In this document: positions 24,601-38,333 of the stretch, piece by piece
Numbering within the stretch: the first letter of the stretch is position 1
How the letters are laid out: each line of letters opens with the position of its first letter
Translations under genes and position numbers: made by a program
The notes under the pieces: generated by a model
What the model was told of the DNA's origin: nothing
Databases searched by the model: none
The model's input: only the letters and a program-made list of their open reading frames with translations
Assembly: GCA_046563655.1 (NCBI GenBank)
Contig: CM102287.1
Coordinates: forward strand, 2,418,001-2,482,000
Origin: Yuukianura sp. NJ FZ-2021
Lineage: Eukaryota
Length of the DNA stretch: 64,000 bases
Direction of reading: 5' to 3'

Positions 24601-27600
24601 GCTTCAATTCTAACCACTATCTCCTGCTGAGCACTAAGCTGCACAGGGAAAGCAAATGTCTCTCATGATCTTCACTAATCCTCAGATAAATGTTACTTTC
24701 CTCCTTGTAAACGACGCTTTTAAACAACGTCAAGTTTTAAAAATGGGAAAGCTAAAAACTCGCCGTTTTATTTTGGAAAACAGGAAAAGTCATAGGAAGA
24801 GCAAATATGGAGGGAGTAACTATTTCAAAAAACGTCAATTTTCTTGAAAAGTTGGAAGTTTTGTACGAGTTCTCTCATTTCCGTTGATGGAACTTTTTAT
24901 TTGTTGTAGGTAAAAAACCAATTTGGCTGACTTTTTCTAAGGAAAGACAAACACTAATTTAAAAAGCGTGTTCCGCTTTTTAAAAATTTTAGAATTTTTA
25001 TCTCCCGTGTGCCTATGTTCATGAATATTTATGAAAATGGAGTCGTGTTGGCCTGTGTTCTTTGCTGTGGTTTTTAGTTGCCCACCAGAGCGTGTCTCTG
25101 GAGAAAGGTTCTTTCAATTTATGATTATGATATTGAAAAAGATAGGAGCTCATCCCCAAGGCACACAATTCTCAAACGCAACTTAAGCTTAGAGTGCTCT
25201 TATTTATTAAAACTCCACCAAGTAGACTCTAAAACCTAACGCCAACCCCTGCTTAACCTAACGTTAGCCTAACATTAACCTAACCGCACCTCAGTTCTAA
25301 ATTAAAGTGAGTGCATCTTCTTAAGTGACTCTAAAAAGAGTCAAAGTGCTTCAGACTCTTGCTGCATTTAAACGCCGTCTAAAAAGTAAAAAACAAAGTA
25401 CTGCCTTAAAATTCAGGTTTTCTGTAGTTAGAAATGAAAACAATTCGTTGCACAATGGATTACAGAGAACGTTTTTTTTGTAGATAATTGATAATTCTGC
25501 TAATTGTAATAATATATAAATTAATAAATTTGTTATTTGCTAATTATATAAATTAGTAAATTTAAGCCAGTGTTCGGATTATGCTAGACGAAGTTTTCAA
25601 ACTTTCTTTTTGTCTGAATTATTTTCTCCAGTCACGAAAGTTATTTTGCGTCACGTTATGAGCGTGAAAACTTGAGAATGCGGAGGGAGTAACATTTATT
25701 TCCATGTAATGTTGTGGACATTTAGCATAAGAAAGTTCGTGAGAGAAAGCAGAGGTAATGGCTCTGCATTCCAATTACAACGGAATCTCAAGGGAACTCA
25801 TTTACACTCTCAAACACTCTTTTCTTAGGCAGGAGACAAAGTGTGTCTTCAATGACAATCACAATGTCATTTCCATTCTGAACAAAGTTTCCAACAAGAT
25901 GACTCACTTATGGTACAAAGTTTGACCAAAAGAGTGTTACTCCAACATTTCCTAATTAACTAAACTAAAAACAAGAAAAGCTGAAATTTCGAAATCTAAA
26001 AAAAAGTTAGGAGATAAACATTCATTCGTGTAGGATTTGGTCAAGAGAAGTTTGTATCAATTTGGAAAGAGACAGGAAGAAGGAGAAAGTAAATTATGGT
26101 ACAAACACAGTAAAAAACTTAAAGTTTGGTAACATGGGACACACTGGGATTTCAAATCAAGTTTTCAAACAAAAGGAAAATATATCTGACTTTTCAGTGG
26201 AAAAGTCAACTCTCTCAGGAATTCAACTTTCTCTGAAACAATTATTATTGAAGTCTAACATTGAACGTGCCACAAAAACAACTTCAATTTATTTTCTGTC
26301 TTTGTTTTATTTTCAAAGGAAAAAGTTGCTTTTTAAAAGCCGAAAATCAAGTAGAAAAAGTTGAGCTTTTTAGAGTAAAAGTAATATTTTGGAGCTTATT
26401 TGCATAAATTTTGTCATCAGCGGCAGGAAATCCGCGAAAACTGTTTTTTGCTTATGGGAAAATAATTCAGTAGGGTGAAAGTGAGCTAAAAGGTTTACTT
26501 CCTGTGGAAAGCGGCTTTGTTACATAAAAGTGAAAGCCATCATCTTAAAAGCAGAAGCGGGAAAACCAGGATGGATTCCATAATGCTAAAAAGTTAGCGT
26601 TCAATCTCCTCAGATCTGTTTTTGATCTCATGAAAAATTCAGGCTTACTTTTGTTACTCAAAATAACCAAAACATCATTTATAACGCTGAGACCACAGCA
26701 GGAAAGTGTGCTATTGTCATCCTTCTCCCTTCAAAATCCATCACTTTTCACTTTTTTGTGGCAAGTAAACTCTAAAAGTGAAAACTTAATTTCCCTAACG
26801 TTTTTCTATGTGCTAAACATGATTGATGTTACTTTGTAACCTGCCATGTATTGACACACTTTCTTAAATTATCAAGATCCAGTTTTATCTAAATTTTCAA
26901 TTACTTAAAATTTCACTTTACTTTTCACTTTCGAGTTTTAAAGGCTTTTTTTTTATAAACAAAACTTCAAACGCTTCTTTTAGTTAGAAAAACTTTCGCG
27001 CTTTTTAAATCCTTGTTGATTTACAATTTTTGACAGGACAGAAGTCAATTAGTTCTTTTTCCGCTCTTCCTTTCAAAAGTTTTTTGTTTTTGTTTATGTA
27101 AACTCGAACTTTCCGCTTTCGCTTCTAGAAAAGTGAAGTTTTTAGCACGAGCGCTGTCAGCGATTGGCTTGAAAGTAATTTTTAAGCCCAAATCCTCTGC
27201 GCATGTGAAGAGTAGTTGAAAGCTTGTAGAATTTATGAGTTTTTGTAAAGTAAAAGTAGAAAGTTGTGATCTCTTAAGTCGAGGCGCTTGAGTTTAGTTG
27301 ACTTGCTGTGGCTTAATAAGAAAAGGGAAATGAAAGAAAGCACAAGAAAAGGCTACTTAAAATCAAAACTTTCCACTTCCCGTCACTCCACCGGAGGAAA
27401 AATTGAATCAAAGTGATTTGTAAATTCAGCGCTCTCAGAGTAATATAAAAAGTGTTTTCAACTAAAGCAGAGAGAATCTAATCAGAATCCAAAGGAAAAG
27501 AGAAGAGAAAGAAAAAAAAAGCGGAAAAGAGAAAGTGGAGAGTATTTGATTTTATGGATTTACATAAAAGTTTGTAAGCTTCTTCAAAACAAAGAGGAAA

Positions 27601-28001
27601 AAACTTTTCAAGAGCTCAATTTTTTAAAGTTCAAAATTGAAAAACCTTCCGCTTGAAAATTCCACTTTCACCAACCAATTTTTTCTGCCTTCCTCCCAAT
27701 TTCGTGTTTTAAATTTCCAATCTCTTAGTATGCTCTCACACCAAAATATTCTTGCAAAATAACGTATTTCATGGAAAACTTTAACTTTTTTTTTTTGGAA
27801 AGTACAGAAAAACATGGTGAAAGGTGCTTACTAAAGCGGAAGTATTTGAAAATCTACTTTTCCAGTTGACTTTCTCCCCATTTATCTTTGATTTTCGGTT
27901 GAGAAAATGTTGTTCTTCAAAAGTACTTGGACTTCCGTACGTCAAGTTCGGATTTTGTTAGTTTTAGTTCAAGACTCTTGAGGCTTAGACTTTTCCCGAA
28001 T

Positions 28002-28218
28002 TTCCAAAGCCCCTTACCGCTGGACATGCTGGAAGGATTGACGCTGGAGAAGATTCCAAATTAAGCGTCAAAGTCAAAAAGACTTCCAGTGTCCAGCACT
28101 CTCCAGAAAAGACGCTGGAAGGAGCTTAAGCGTTAAAAAGCTCCAACCTTCTTCCTCCAACATCTCTTGTTAGTTTTAGATTAACATCAACTTTCTTTTT
28201 TTCCCCCAAAAACAATCG
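28002..28218 (+). repeat. Dispersed repeat, copy 2 of 2
   Basis: Matches 16168-16345, with small internal insertions. Confidence 0.8.
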
Positions 28219-29349
28219 ATCTAATTTGTACAACGGATTTTGTTGTTGTGTCGCTACAGAATGGAACTTTAACTTTGTTATATTTGAGCTTCACTTTCTT
28301 TTCTTTGCAAGTTTTGAATTCGCATTTCAAAAAAGCTAACGCTCATTTTTTGTCGCTAGTTCCTTCATTATGATTCTGGAAGTGGAGTTTTTCCTTTTGA
28401 AGTGTTCCGCTTTTGAAGCGTTTCTTTTGCTACATTTTTTTGTGATCGCTTGAGGGAATGGAAGCGGAGGGAGAATCTGAATAGAATGATAATGAAATAC
28501 AGTTAATCTTACCTCGCTCTACTCATTTCAGCGCTACGCTGAAACGCTGATGGAGAAAGTTTCCGAAAGAAAAGCCTTCTTTATTCAATTATTTTTTTCT
28601 TTGGGTTTTGGAAAATATGCTTTGGAAGCTGAAATTCCTTCTGGAAAAGTCCTTTTCTATTCAAATTCAGATCGTGTTCATTTTCATTTAGAATTTTGTC
28701 CGGAGGATAATGAGATGAATAGGAAGTAAATCAAAGGACTCTCACTTTTATTTCAATTCAAACTTCTTTTGTTTTCAAAAAGAACAATGCAGGAAAACAA
28801 AAGATGAATACGCTTCCAAAAACAATGAAAACAAAAGAACTTTGTAATCAACAAGATTTTCAAAAAAAGTGTTCCGCTTTCTCCGTCAACTTCAAACAGG
28901 GTTTCAATTTGTACAGCGAAGCACAGAAATTATAAAGAAAAATTTGGTTAAAGCACAAAGCAAAGCAGAATTTGAGCAGAGAAAATAAAATTTTATGAAC
29001 TTTGACCTTTATTTCAGTTTTTTTTAGAAGTTTATTGAACCTTTCAGAAAACGATTTGAGTAAAGGCGTATGTTAATGATGCAGAACTTTTTATGTTGGG
29101 ATGACCACGGATCATTGACGATGCTACGGACCATATTCTTCCACAACGTTTTCAAATCCTGTCACATTTTTCATTTTCTTTCTTTTTTGAAATTTGAATA
29201 TGCTCACATAACTTTTTGGACAAAGTTCAACAAAAATTAATAAACAGTAATCACTTTTTCCAATGGAAAAGAAGCAGGAATGGTTTTAGAACAACAGAAA
29301 TTTCAAAGTAGAAGTTGAATTTTCTGATTTAAAATTTTCACTTTTGTTT

Positions 29350-31699
29350 TCACTCTTTTTGTAGTTGTTCTTTCAAAAATTCCAGAATTTGGGCTCGTGC
29401 TTGACGTAACTCTGGCACATCGCTGGGTGCGTCTGGGTACATGTTGGCACAGTGTGCAGTTCCTACAAAACCAAAAACGTATTTTCAAAAACTCGAATTT
29501 CAAAATTTCATTGAAAAAAAAAGTTTTTTTGAATATATTTATATAAAAAAAATACAAAGTTTAGCACTAAATCCCTCGAATAAACTGCTCAAAAAAAGGT
29601 CAAGAGCAGAAAAATTCTAAAGAAAATTTGAAAGGGCGTTTAAGCTGGACCACAAAATTCAATTTTAAAATCGAAAAAAGTGGAGTTTTGCTGAAAAAAG
29701 AATAGTCTTTTGGTGGAGTACTAAAATTTTTACCGTCTATAAATATGACTTTATTGTCCATGGAAGTGTGTGTGGCGTTGGTGAGGCCAAGGGCGTGCCA
29801 AGGGTCAATGGACCCATTCACAAAAATGACTCTCGTGACCTTAAGGGCTCTCCCGCCATAATTTGTATTCGTCCAGTCGATCCCTGCAGAGATAAAATTC
29901 TGATCGTATCTAAAAAGAGAGAGAAGAGATCAAAATTAAGGCCAAAGGCAAAAGCATGGAGGTTTTGAGAAAAAGAGGGCGGAAATTCGTTTAAGTTCAT
30001 GTCGTAAAATCCAAAATGAACAAATTCCACAAAGCTAAAAAGACTAGAAAAACTTTCTTCTTTTGGAATTCACTTTTTCTTGTAGGTTTTTTACTCACTT
30101 GGGCCCAAAGATATCTTGACATTGACGAACCGAGAATTCCAGTGGAAATTCCTGTCCGAATGGTTGCCCCGGGAGTTCCGACGTCTGGAAAAACCCGAAT
30201 TCGGTGCAAGTCTGGAATGTCCACTGCCGTGCCCCTCCGGCCACACTGCTGCTCCACTCCGTCTGCTTCATCTCTTTGATCATCTTGCGATAGTCAATGT
30301 CTGTGCAGTTCTTATCGTAGGCTTGGAGCAGGAGGTCATTGACCTGGGCATAGCGTGTCATGGGTGAAGGGTCGTCGGGGTCACCGGAGGTCATGAGGTC
30401 ACACAGAGTGTTGATGGTGATGTTGGCAGTGGGGGACCCTTCGAATGCTCGGTTGTCTTCGTTGTACTGCACAATGTCCATGAAGTTACCGGCGGTAGTT
30501 TCAAAGAAATTTGAAACGTCCTTGGAATTGTCACCTTGAAAATCTCCACAGATCCTGTTTGTGGAGAGTCAAAAAATGAAAAAACTTTTAAATTGAAATT
30601 TTTCAAATTGATTTTCACATTGTGTTAAAAGTTATTTTGAAGTACTTGAAATTTTTCCTGAGCATCCACCACCCTGTTCTTCTTTTAAGCAGCAACTGCA
30701 TGCTGTGAGTGGCTTTTTGAATTTGTGACACGCACAAGGGATCAGTTCTGTTCAAAGAGTCTTGAACAACGCCCAGATATTCTAAGAAAAACAAAATTCA
30801 AAATTTCGAAATTTTGAAAAAAAGTTAAAAAGTTCAACTTAAAATTTGAAGTACCCTTAAAGTTGATTTTGGCTTGGAGTGGCGCTGAAGTTGAGACTGC
30901 AGCATGTACCAAATGGGGGTACTTCATGCGATACCAAGCAGCAAGACTTCCTGGGTAAGATCCTCCGAATGCCACCCATTTACTACCCTAATTTTCAAAA
31001 ATATTCAGATTCTAAAAAACTAAAAAAATTAAAATTTTGAATCCACTTTTTACGTGGAGTTTGTGCAACTCAGTCATTCCTTGTGTGAACTGAGCCAAAT
31101 CAGCCATAGCTTGTTCGCTCGACAGATAAACCAAGTTCTCCGTGGACAAATCCCTACAAAAAGTTAAAGGTCAACATAAAAGGTCAGAGGTCAAAGGTCA
31201 AAGTCTTACGGTGTGGGGTGACTTTTTCCGTAGAAGCGATGTTCTAGGCTGAAGCACAAAGCGTTTAACTTTTGAGCGTAAGTGATCCAGGCCCCTTGGC
31301 TCATCCACAGCGGGTTGTCCTCCCCTTCACCCCCAATCATTAGGAAAACTGGACCCCCCGCTTTGTAAAAAGTGTCGTTCATGAAGTAGCGCTGAAATTT
31401 AAAAGTTAAAATTCTAAGTTAAAATCTAAAAGTTGATTTAGAACTATTTTTGTTACACTTTGAATGTGTTTATAGTTTACTTGTGCCCATGTTCTTGTGT
31501 CTGATGGGTTGAAGTGGTCCAGTGTTTGGTTGAACCAGTATGTCTCCACTGAAGTCCCACCGTTTGACCTCGTCCCACTTTTTGTCCACGTTGACCCGAA
31601 CCACCTTCCTTTAAAAAGTCTGCCATTTATTCTTGCATGAGTAGAAGCTAAAAAGCACAACGAAAAGAACACCAATCCAAGTATTTTCGTAACTGCCAT
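29350..31699 (-). CDS. Family S28 serine peptidase (PRSS16/K12H4.7-like), ~8 exons
   Basis: Signal peptide, WFNQTLDHF, nucleophile motif [31 protein letters not shown] (Asp) and [10 protein letters not shown] (His). Confidence 0.92.
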
Positions 31700-32339
31700 T
31701 GTTTAAAGTCGTCTAAAAGGTAAACTTTTCTTGAGCAGTAACATTTGGAAACTGAAGTTTGTGAGGAAATAAACAAGTGGGGATTGCTGAAATATTTTTC
31801 AGAATGGCTGTGAAGATTAGCCTAAGGGAGTAATCTCTCTTGACCTTTTCGAAACAAAAAAATACGGAAAGGTCAATTTTATCAAAGAGAAACACACAAA
31901 AATACACTTTGAGAATAAGCAAAGTTGTAGGAATTGACTTATCTTGCTAAAAAGTTGAGCGACTAAACCTCTGCTTCTTGAAACAAGGGAATTGATGTGG
32001 ACAAATGTTGGTTTTTAAGAAGAAACAATAAGGAAATAATTAATTATTAATTATAACTAATTATAAACGAATTAATAATTATTATACACAATAATACTTA
32101 AAATAATTAGAATAGTTTTTAGTAAATTGGAATTTCTAAAATTTCATGTCTATAAGCGTGACCAACAAAAGCGTGTCTTTTTATTTTTCACATTTTTTTC
32201 CCGCGCTTAGTTCATTTTTTAAATTCGGTAAGTTGTACGATTTGCGGCAATGTCGGTCTGTCTGTCTCTGTCTGTCTACTTATGTTCAGTTCTTGAGTAC
32301 AATTTAATTTAAATTGATTAATTGATCAGTTAATTAAGC

Positions 32340-32371
32340 CGGACGTTGGTGTGACCATCCTTCAGTCAATG
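32340..32371 (+). other. Candidate first exon ending in ATG (32369-32371) with GTAAGT donor
   Basis: CAGTCAATG|GTAAGT is a consensus donor upstream of PGP. The 5' boundary of the exon is approximate. Confidence 0.55.
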
Positions 32372-32699
32372 GTAAGTCTCTTCTTTAGCTAGTCACAGCA
32401 ATTACCACCAAAACTTGCATACCGGAACACCCGAAAATTATATTTTTGAGAGATCAGCTGATCGAGTGTCCTCCACTTCCTGTCTCAATTTGAATTCAGA
32501 ATAGATTCAGTTTAATTTGGTCAATTGCTTTCAGTTTTTTAACTTTAATTAATGAGATTATACCGTTGTGGTGCTGGAGTGATTTTGCAGTGTGTCAATC
32601 GAGTTGTCACAAGAGTTACGTGGAGTAATCGTCATTTTCCAGCTATGTAATTGTTTCTCTTCACAATTTCCATCTGCAAATACAACTCAGAAATCAACA

Positions 32700-34063
32700 A
32701 TGATGGGAGTAACTATTCAGAACGGAGGAAGCGGGGCAGCACCAGTAAATCCACCATTTCTGCAAAACATGGCCAACATTCCACCAACTGAGTTTACTAC
32801 GTTCTTTGAAAACATTGACGTTGTCATGTTCGATTGCGATGGTAAGCCATGAATTTTCAGTTTCAGAATGTGATATTACCTTTGACATGAATATTTTAGG
32901 AGTTCTTTGGCTCGGAGACTACGTTTTGCCAGGGGCTGATGTGCTGGTCAAAAGGTTACGAACTCTGGGGAAACGCGTATTCTTCCTAACTAACAATTCA
33001 ACCAAAACAAGAGCTGAATTCACTGCAAAATTTAGCAAACTTGGCTTTGAAGCTACCGTGGTACGTCAGTTGTTCAAATTTGCATCCATTTTCGATCAAG
33101 ACATGACTTGATTGTGGTTTTTTTTTGTTTGTAGGATGAAGTGATCAGTAGTTCCTACTTGTCTGCGCTGTATCTAAAGGAACTTGGTTTCCAGAAGAAA
33201 GTTTACTGCATAGCAACCAAAGGACTAACTGGAGAACTGGATGATCTAGGAATACAAAGTCTTCCGATTGGGGTAAAAAAACGTTATTCATACGTTTTCG
33301 AGAATGAACGTTACTTATACGTTTGTGATTTTTTTGAATCGATGAATGCTTTATAGGCAGACAATATGGAGCATCCTGACGGTCACTTCCGAGGTCACGA
33401 CGAATTGCAAAGAAAGATGTCATTGGATCCAGAAGTTGGTGCTGTGATTGTTGGTTTTGATCAACACTTCAACTACAAGAAAATGTTCAAAGCTGCAACT
33501 TACCTCAAGAATCCAGACATTCACTTCATTGCTACCAATCCAGATGAACGTAAGAACAACTTCTACTTTTGTAGTTTACACTTTTTAGGCATAGTTTCTG
33601 ACAAATCCGTGTTAAATTTCAGAGTTTCCTTCCCGGATGGCGGATTTTGTTATTCCTGGGACCGGATCTATCGTCAACGCCGTTAAAACGGCAGCCTGCA
33701 GAGAACCAGTGATGATTGGGAAACCAGCTACACCGATGTTTGATTTTATTCAGCGCACTTTCAAGGTCAATCCAAACAGAACTCTGATGATAGGAGACAG
33801 GTCAGAATCCATAATTTCCACAATTTAGCACAAAAAATGTTGCTAAAGTTTACTTTTCTTGATTTTGTAGAGCAAATACTGACATTTTATTCGGTCGAAA
33901 CACGAATCTGTGGACATTGTTAGTTCTGACTGGAGTGACTAAACTGGAGGAAGTGCAAGAATGGCATTCGAGTGGAACTGACGAAGAGAAGAAGTGTGTT
34001 CCACATTTCTACTTGAGTCAAATCAATGACCTTTTGACCCTTATGACTAACAATGGTTTCTAA
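32700..34063 (+). CDS. PGP: Phosphoglycolate / glycerol-3-phosphate phosphatase (HAD class IIA)
   Basis: HAD motifs FDCDGVLW, LTNNS, IGKP and [13 protein letters not shown] across exons; stop at 34061-34063. Confidence 0.88.
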
Positions 34064-34334
34064 CCATAGCAGATTTAGAATAGAAAGCTTTAAACTTGCA
34101 TTTTACTTTGTAAATACGCTAATTCTTGAGCATTAGTTGATAATTCTCCCAAAATTAGTTTATGTTTCCTCTGATTTCTTCTTCTGAATAAAACTTTTTC
34201 GAAAAATTTCGAAACTGTTTTGGAGGACACTTGATTGGAATTGGAATTCAGCACTATTTTCTAATAGATAAGTTTAGTAACTTTTTTTTGTAATTTTTAT
34301 AATAACTAATTCGTGTTCTGATTTTGTGTTTTAG

Positions 34335-35812
34335 GTTCAATTGAGGTTTTTCTCCAGTGGAATGCTGAGGCGTCTTCTCCAGAGCAATGTCAATGCAATT
34401 TCAACTTCAATCGCTGGGCGGAAATGGATTCCTACGCTTACGAAGACACCAATTGCTGGAGTTCGCTTCATGTCAGATGAAGTTCGGTACTCCAAATCTT
34501 ACACACCGCGTCGTGCCATCATGTACGTTCCTGGAAATGACGATCGAAAACACACCAAAATCCCATCACTCGACGTCGACTGTGTTGTTCTGGATTGTGA
34601 AGATGGAGTTGCGCTGAACAAGAAAGTAAAAAACGAATAAACTTACTGTTTTCTTCTAAATCATTATTTAAATTCGAAATTTTGAATTACTACGCCAGGA
34701 AGAAGCAAGGCAGAAAATTCGGAGTATTTTGGACAATGATGACTTTGATTTCGGAAGATCCGAGTGCACTGTTCGGGTCAACTCGGTTGACTCCGGATTG
34801 TGTGACGAAGACTTGAAAACAATTTTAACTGCCAACAACCTTCCAACTTCACTACACTTACCAAAAGTAGATTTCGTAGATCAACTGGATTGGGTATGCC
34901 ACTCCAACAATTTTGAAAAACTTTGAAAAAAATCTGAAAATTCAAACTTTTTTTTGATTTTGCAGTTTGCTGATACGACAAACCAAATACTGGATAAGAG
35001 GGATGATCTAGGGAGTAAAATCAATTTGATCTTGTTCATCGAATCTGCGCAGTCTCTACTCGCCCTTCCAGAAATCTGCAAGCAAGCGTGGCTGCTTTCT
35101 GCAAAATCTCATTTCGTCCCTGATGCTCTCGTGTTTGGTTCAGACGATTTTTGTGCCAACATTGGTATAAAAAAAAACACACACAAAAAACTTTTTAACA
35201 TTTCAAACTCAAAATGCTGTATTTTGACTAAAACTTGGTGTTTTTTGCCTAAAAAAATGTTGGTTTCTGTTGATTTTCAGGCGCTACAAGAACGAAAGAC
35301 GGAAGAGAACTTTTATATGCTCGTCAATATTTAGTTTTGGTGGCAAAAGCGTTTAAACTACAAGCGATTGACATGGTACACATAGACTACAAGGACTTGG
35401 AGGGACTAAGGACAGAAGGAGTGGCTGGATTCCAAATGGGCTTCACTGGGAAGCAAGTAATTCATCCTGGTCAAATCCAAATCACTCAAGAAGCATTCAC
35501 ACCCAGTGACGAAAAGATTAAGTGGGCCAAAGATCTTATAGAATCCTTCAATCAGGAACAAGGATCAGGAAAGGTAACAATTTTCAGTTTGAATGCCAAT
35601 TTTGAAGTAAAACTTAAACTTGGGAAGTAGTTTTTTGTAATTCGCTTTGGATCTAATTGATTACTCGATTGATTGATTCTGATTGCAGCTTGAGGGCATT
35701 ATTGTATTTTTTGTTTCAGGGTGCCTTCAACTTCCGAGGTCAAATGATTGATATGCCATTGGTGCTACAGGCCAAGAACATTGTAGAATTAGCTGCAGTT
35801 TGTGGAAAATAA
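34335..35812 (+). CDS. CLYBL: Citramalyl-CoA lyase / citrate lyase beta-like, mitochondrial
   Basis: RRAIMYVPGND, LDCEDGV, VRVNS, FGSDDF, AIDMV, GFTGKQVIHPGQI and GQMIDMP. Arg/Ser-rich presequence. Acceptor AG at 34333-34334; internal ATG at 34362. Confidence 0.93.
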
Positions 35813-36380
35813 ACAATTCAAACCATTTGTGCTCAGAATTTCCACAAATTTCACGCTCCGACAGATATTTTTCAACGTTTTCCAAAATTTAGAATTTTGA
35901 AGGAATCTTGATGACAAAGTGACAAAACAGTGGACAGTGATAACAGGAATCGATTGTTTTGTCAGCGATGATTATTTTGATGTTGGATTGAGTAACGATG
36001 TTGTAAAACTTTATACTTTTTAGTAATTTTTTTGCTTCCAAAAACTATGTTTTTTGTTAACATTTTTTGTCCAATTTTTGACACCTATTAGTATGAGGTG
36101 TGTGAGACGACCTTGCCTCGATTATGCAGAGAAGCGTGAAATCGGAATTTGTTGCTGCCAAAATTGCAACCGTAAAGCACACTCACGTACGCATAATCCT
36201 TAGAAAAAAAATCAATTGATCTAATTTTATGATTTGGTTTAGGAAAGAGTGGTGACAGGATGCGATGTGATCAGTTGACGTTGATTTTTGGTATAAAAGC
36301 TAACATCAACAACCCAAAAATCAAACATTCATCTCAAAATTTTTAACGCTTCAGCTTCACATTTGCGTCGCATTTTCAAA

Positions 36381-36819
36381 ATGCTCAAATTCGTAAGAAT
36401 TTTACAATCGGAAATGATGAAGGTTCTTTTTTTGAAGCGTTTTGTTTTTTCAGGTTGTACTATTGGCCGTTTTGGTGACAGTTGTGCAGAGCAAGGGGAT
36501 TGGATTTGGTTACGGCCATGGTGGTTACGGTGGTTACGGTGCTGGTCCGTACTACCTTGGTTACGGATTTGTGGCTGGTGGTAACTATGGACACTACCAT
36601 CGTCCAGGAATCGCCAAAGTCCAAGTCCACCAAACGCCATACAACTACAACTATGCAGTAATTTCAAAAATACGCTAATATTTTGTTTTCTAGAATTGAA
36701 ATTTTAACTTTTTAACTTTTAACTTTTAAAATGTGTAGGTGAATGAGCATGGACCGGGGTACAACAAGTACATTCACCAAGGATCAAGTTTTCATCATGG
36801 AGGATATGGTGCCTACTAA
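36381..36819 (+). CDS. Small secreted Gly/Tyr/His-rich protein, cuticle-like (exons 36381-36392, 36454-36657, 36739-36819)
   Basis: Four-codon first exon MLKF, signal peptide, GYGHGGYGGYG repeats, and TATAAAAG about 90 nt upstream. Confidence 0.75.
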
Positions 36820-37087
36820 AACCTGGATTTTTCAGAGATTGACTTGACTTTTTCATAGTGTTAGAATATTTGAGTTTTTTAAATACTTCCAACCACTTTT
36901 TTACAATGAAAACGTCAATTAAACGAAGGGGAGAGTCATATTCAGTTGCGTCTGTTCATAATTTTGGAATCATTTTGATTTGGACTATGAATTCAGTTTT
37001 GGTAGTATTTTGGGAAGCCGAATCGGTTTAAAAAAAGTTTTTCGAAACAATTCACAGGATCAAAGTTCAACTTAAAACAAAAAAACG

Positions 37088-38085
37088 GACGCCACATGAA
37101 AAATTAAAAAATTCAGGTGGGGATGAATATACATGCAGCATAGAGACTGGAAGATTTTAAATTTCAAATGGCCTCTTAACTAAACAGCAAAAAATTCCAT
37201 AAAAAAAATTTTTTTTTTTGTATTTACAAAATTTTTTCAAAAATCGGTGAGTTGTGTTTTGGTTTTAACTTAAATTTTCCTCATAAATTCCTCCCCTTTT
37301 AAAATTTGGAATTGTGTTAATTTAATACTTAAAACTTAAGTACAAAGTAGCGTATTGGAATTCGGAATTATTGTTGTAATATGCAATTCGTGGTGCAGAA
37401 CATCACAAATTCAAATTGGTTCAAATTCGTTTTCTAACAACATCTCGCAATCAGAATTTAATTTTTTCTTGAAATTCAAAAAATTTTGAAGAATTTAACA
37501 TTTAATAAATATTTGAGATCATTATGAATTGAGTAGCGAAGAGATCTCCTGTCTAACGCATTTAATTCCGGAGTTACGAATTTTCAAAGTTTTTAAAATT
37601 TTGAAGTGAGATTTGTGAGTGTTTTCCATTGGGAAGCTTCGCGAGAGCGAAAAAATTGACAGGGTATCATACGAGACAGAGAGGCGAGATAGGGCTCTTG
37701 GTCTCCTTTGCTTTTTGTATGGGAGATTGAGTGGCGGCAAAAAGGATAGGATAGGAAAGGGAGTGTAGCCTTCGTGCTTCTTATAATCTCCTGTCAACTT
37801 TTCCTCTCTTCTGCCTATCTCCCCATGTTAAACTTCAGTTCAAAATCAGAGAGGGTGACAAGGGTGTTGTGCAGTAACTGCTACTCCAACCACATAAATT
37901 ATTCGGGTGACATTGGATTGTGGCAGTAGCTGCTACATGAACCACATAAATTATTTCAAAAAATAATTCCCACAATTTTCCCGCCACTAAATCACGTGAG
38001 TTGTATTTTGAAATTAATCAGCTGTTTTTCATTTAACTTTAATTTTCATTAAGTTACTTCGATCTTTAATCAATTACTAATTGGC
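37088..38085 (-). mobile_element. ~1-kb dispersed non-coding repeat, copy 1 (family unassigned)
   Basis: Reverse complement of 46270-47263 and 58105-~58700. Shared core GTTGACAGGAGATTATAAGAAGCACGAAGGCTACAC and an internal ~50-bp duplication. Confidence 0.8.
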
Positions 38086-38333
38086 TCCTGGAGTTTTTGA
38101 TCAGTATATTATGCGAACAGAGGCTGTCTCATTTCCTCACAGCGTCAGGGTTGCCATGGGGAAGCGTAAAAGGCTGGAAGTTTGGAGAGTCGTTTCGTTA
38201 TTTGTTTTGACATTCTTTCGGCGTTTTTCTCGAATGCGCTACAGGAGTTCCTGGATTCAATTCGACCTTTGATCAATCGTTGGAGTCGTTCTGCTGAAGC
38301 TTCCATCGTCTTGCTCCGACCACAGTATTTGAA

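Noticed and set aside
20820..25290. Scattered TTAGG / CCTAA motifs as telomeric repeats
   Set aside because: Short, degenerate and dispersed; never a tandem array.
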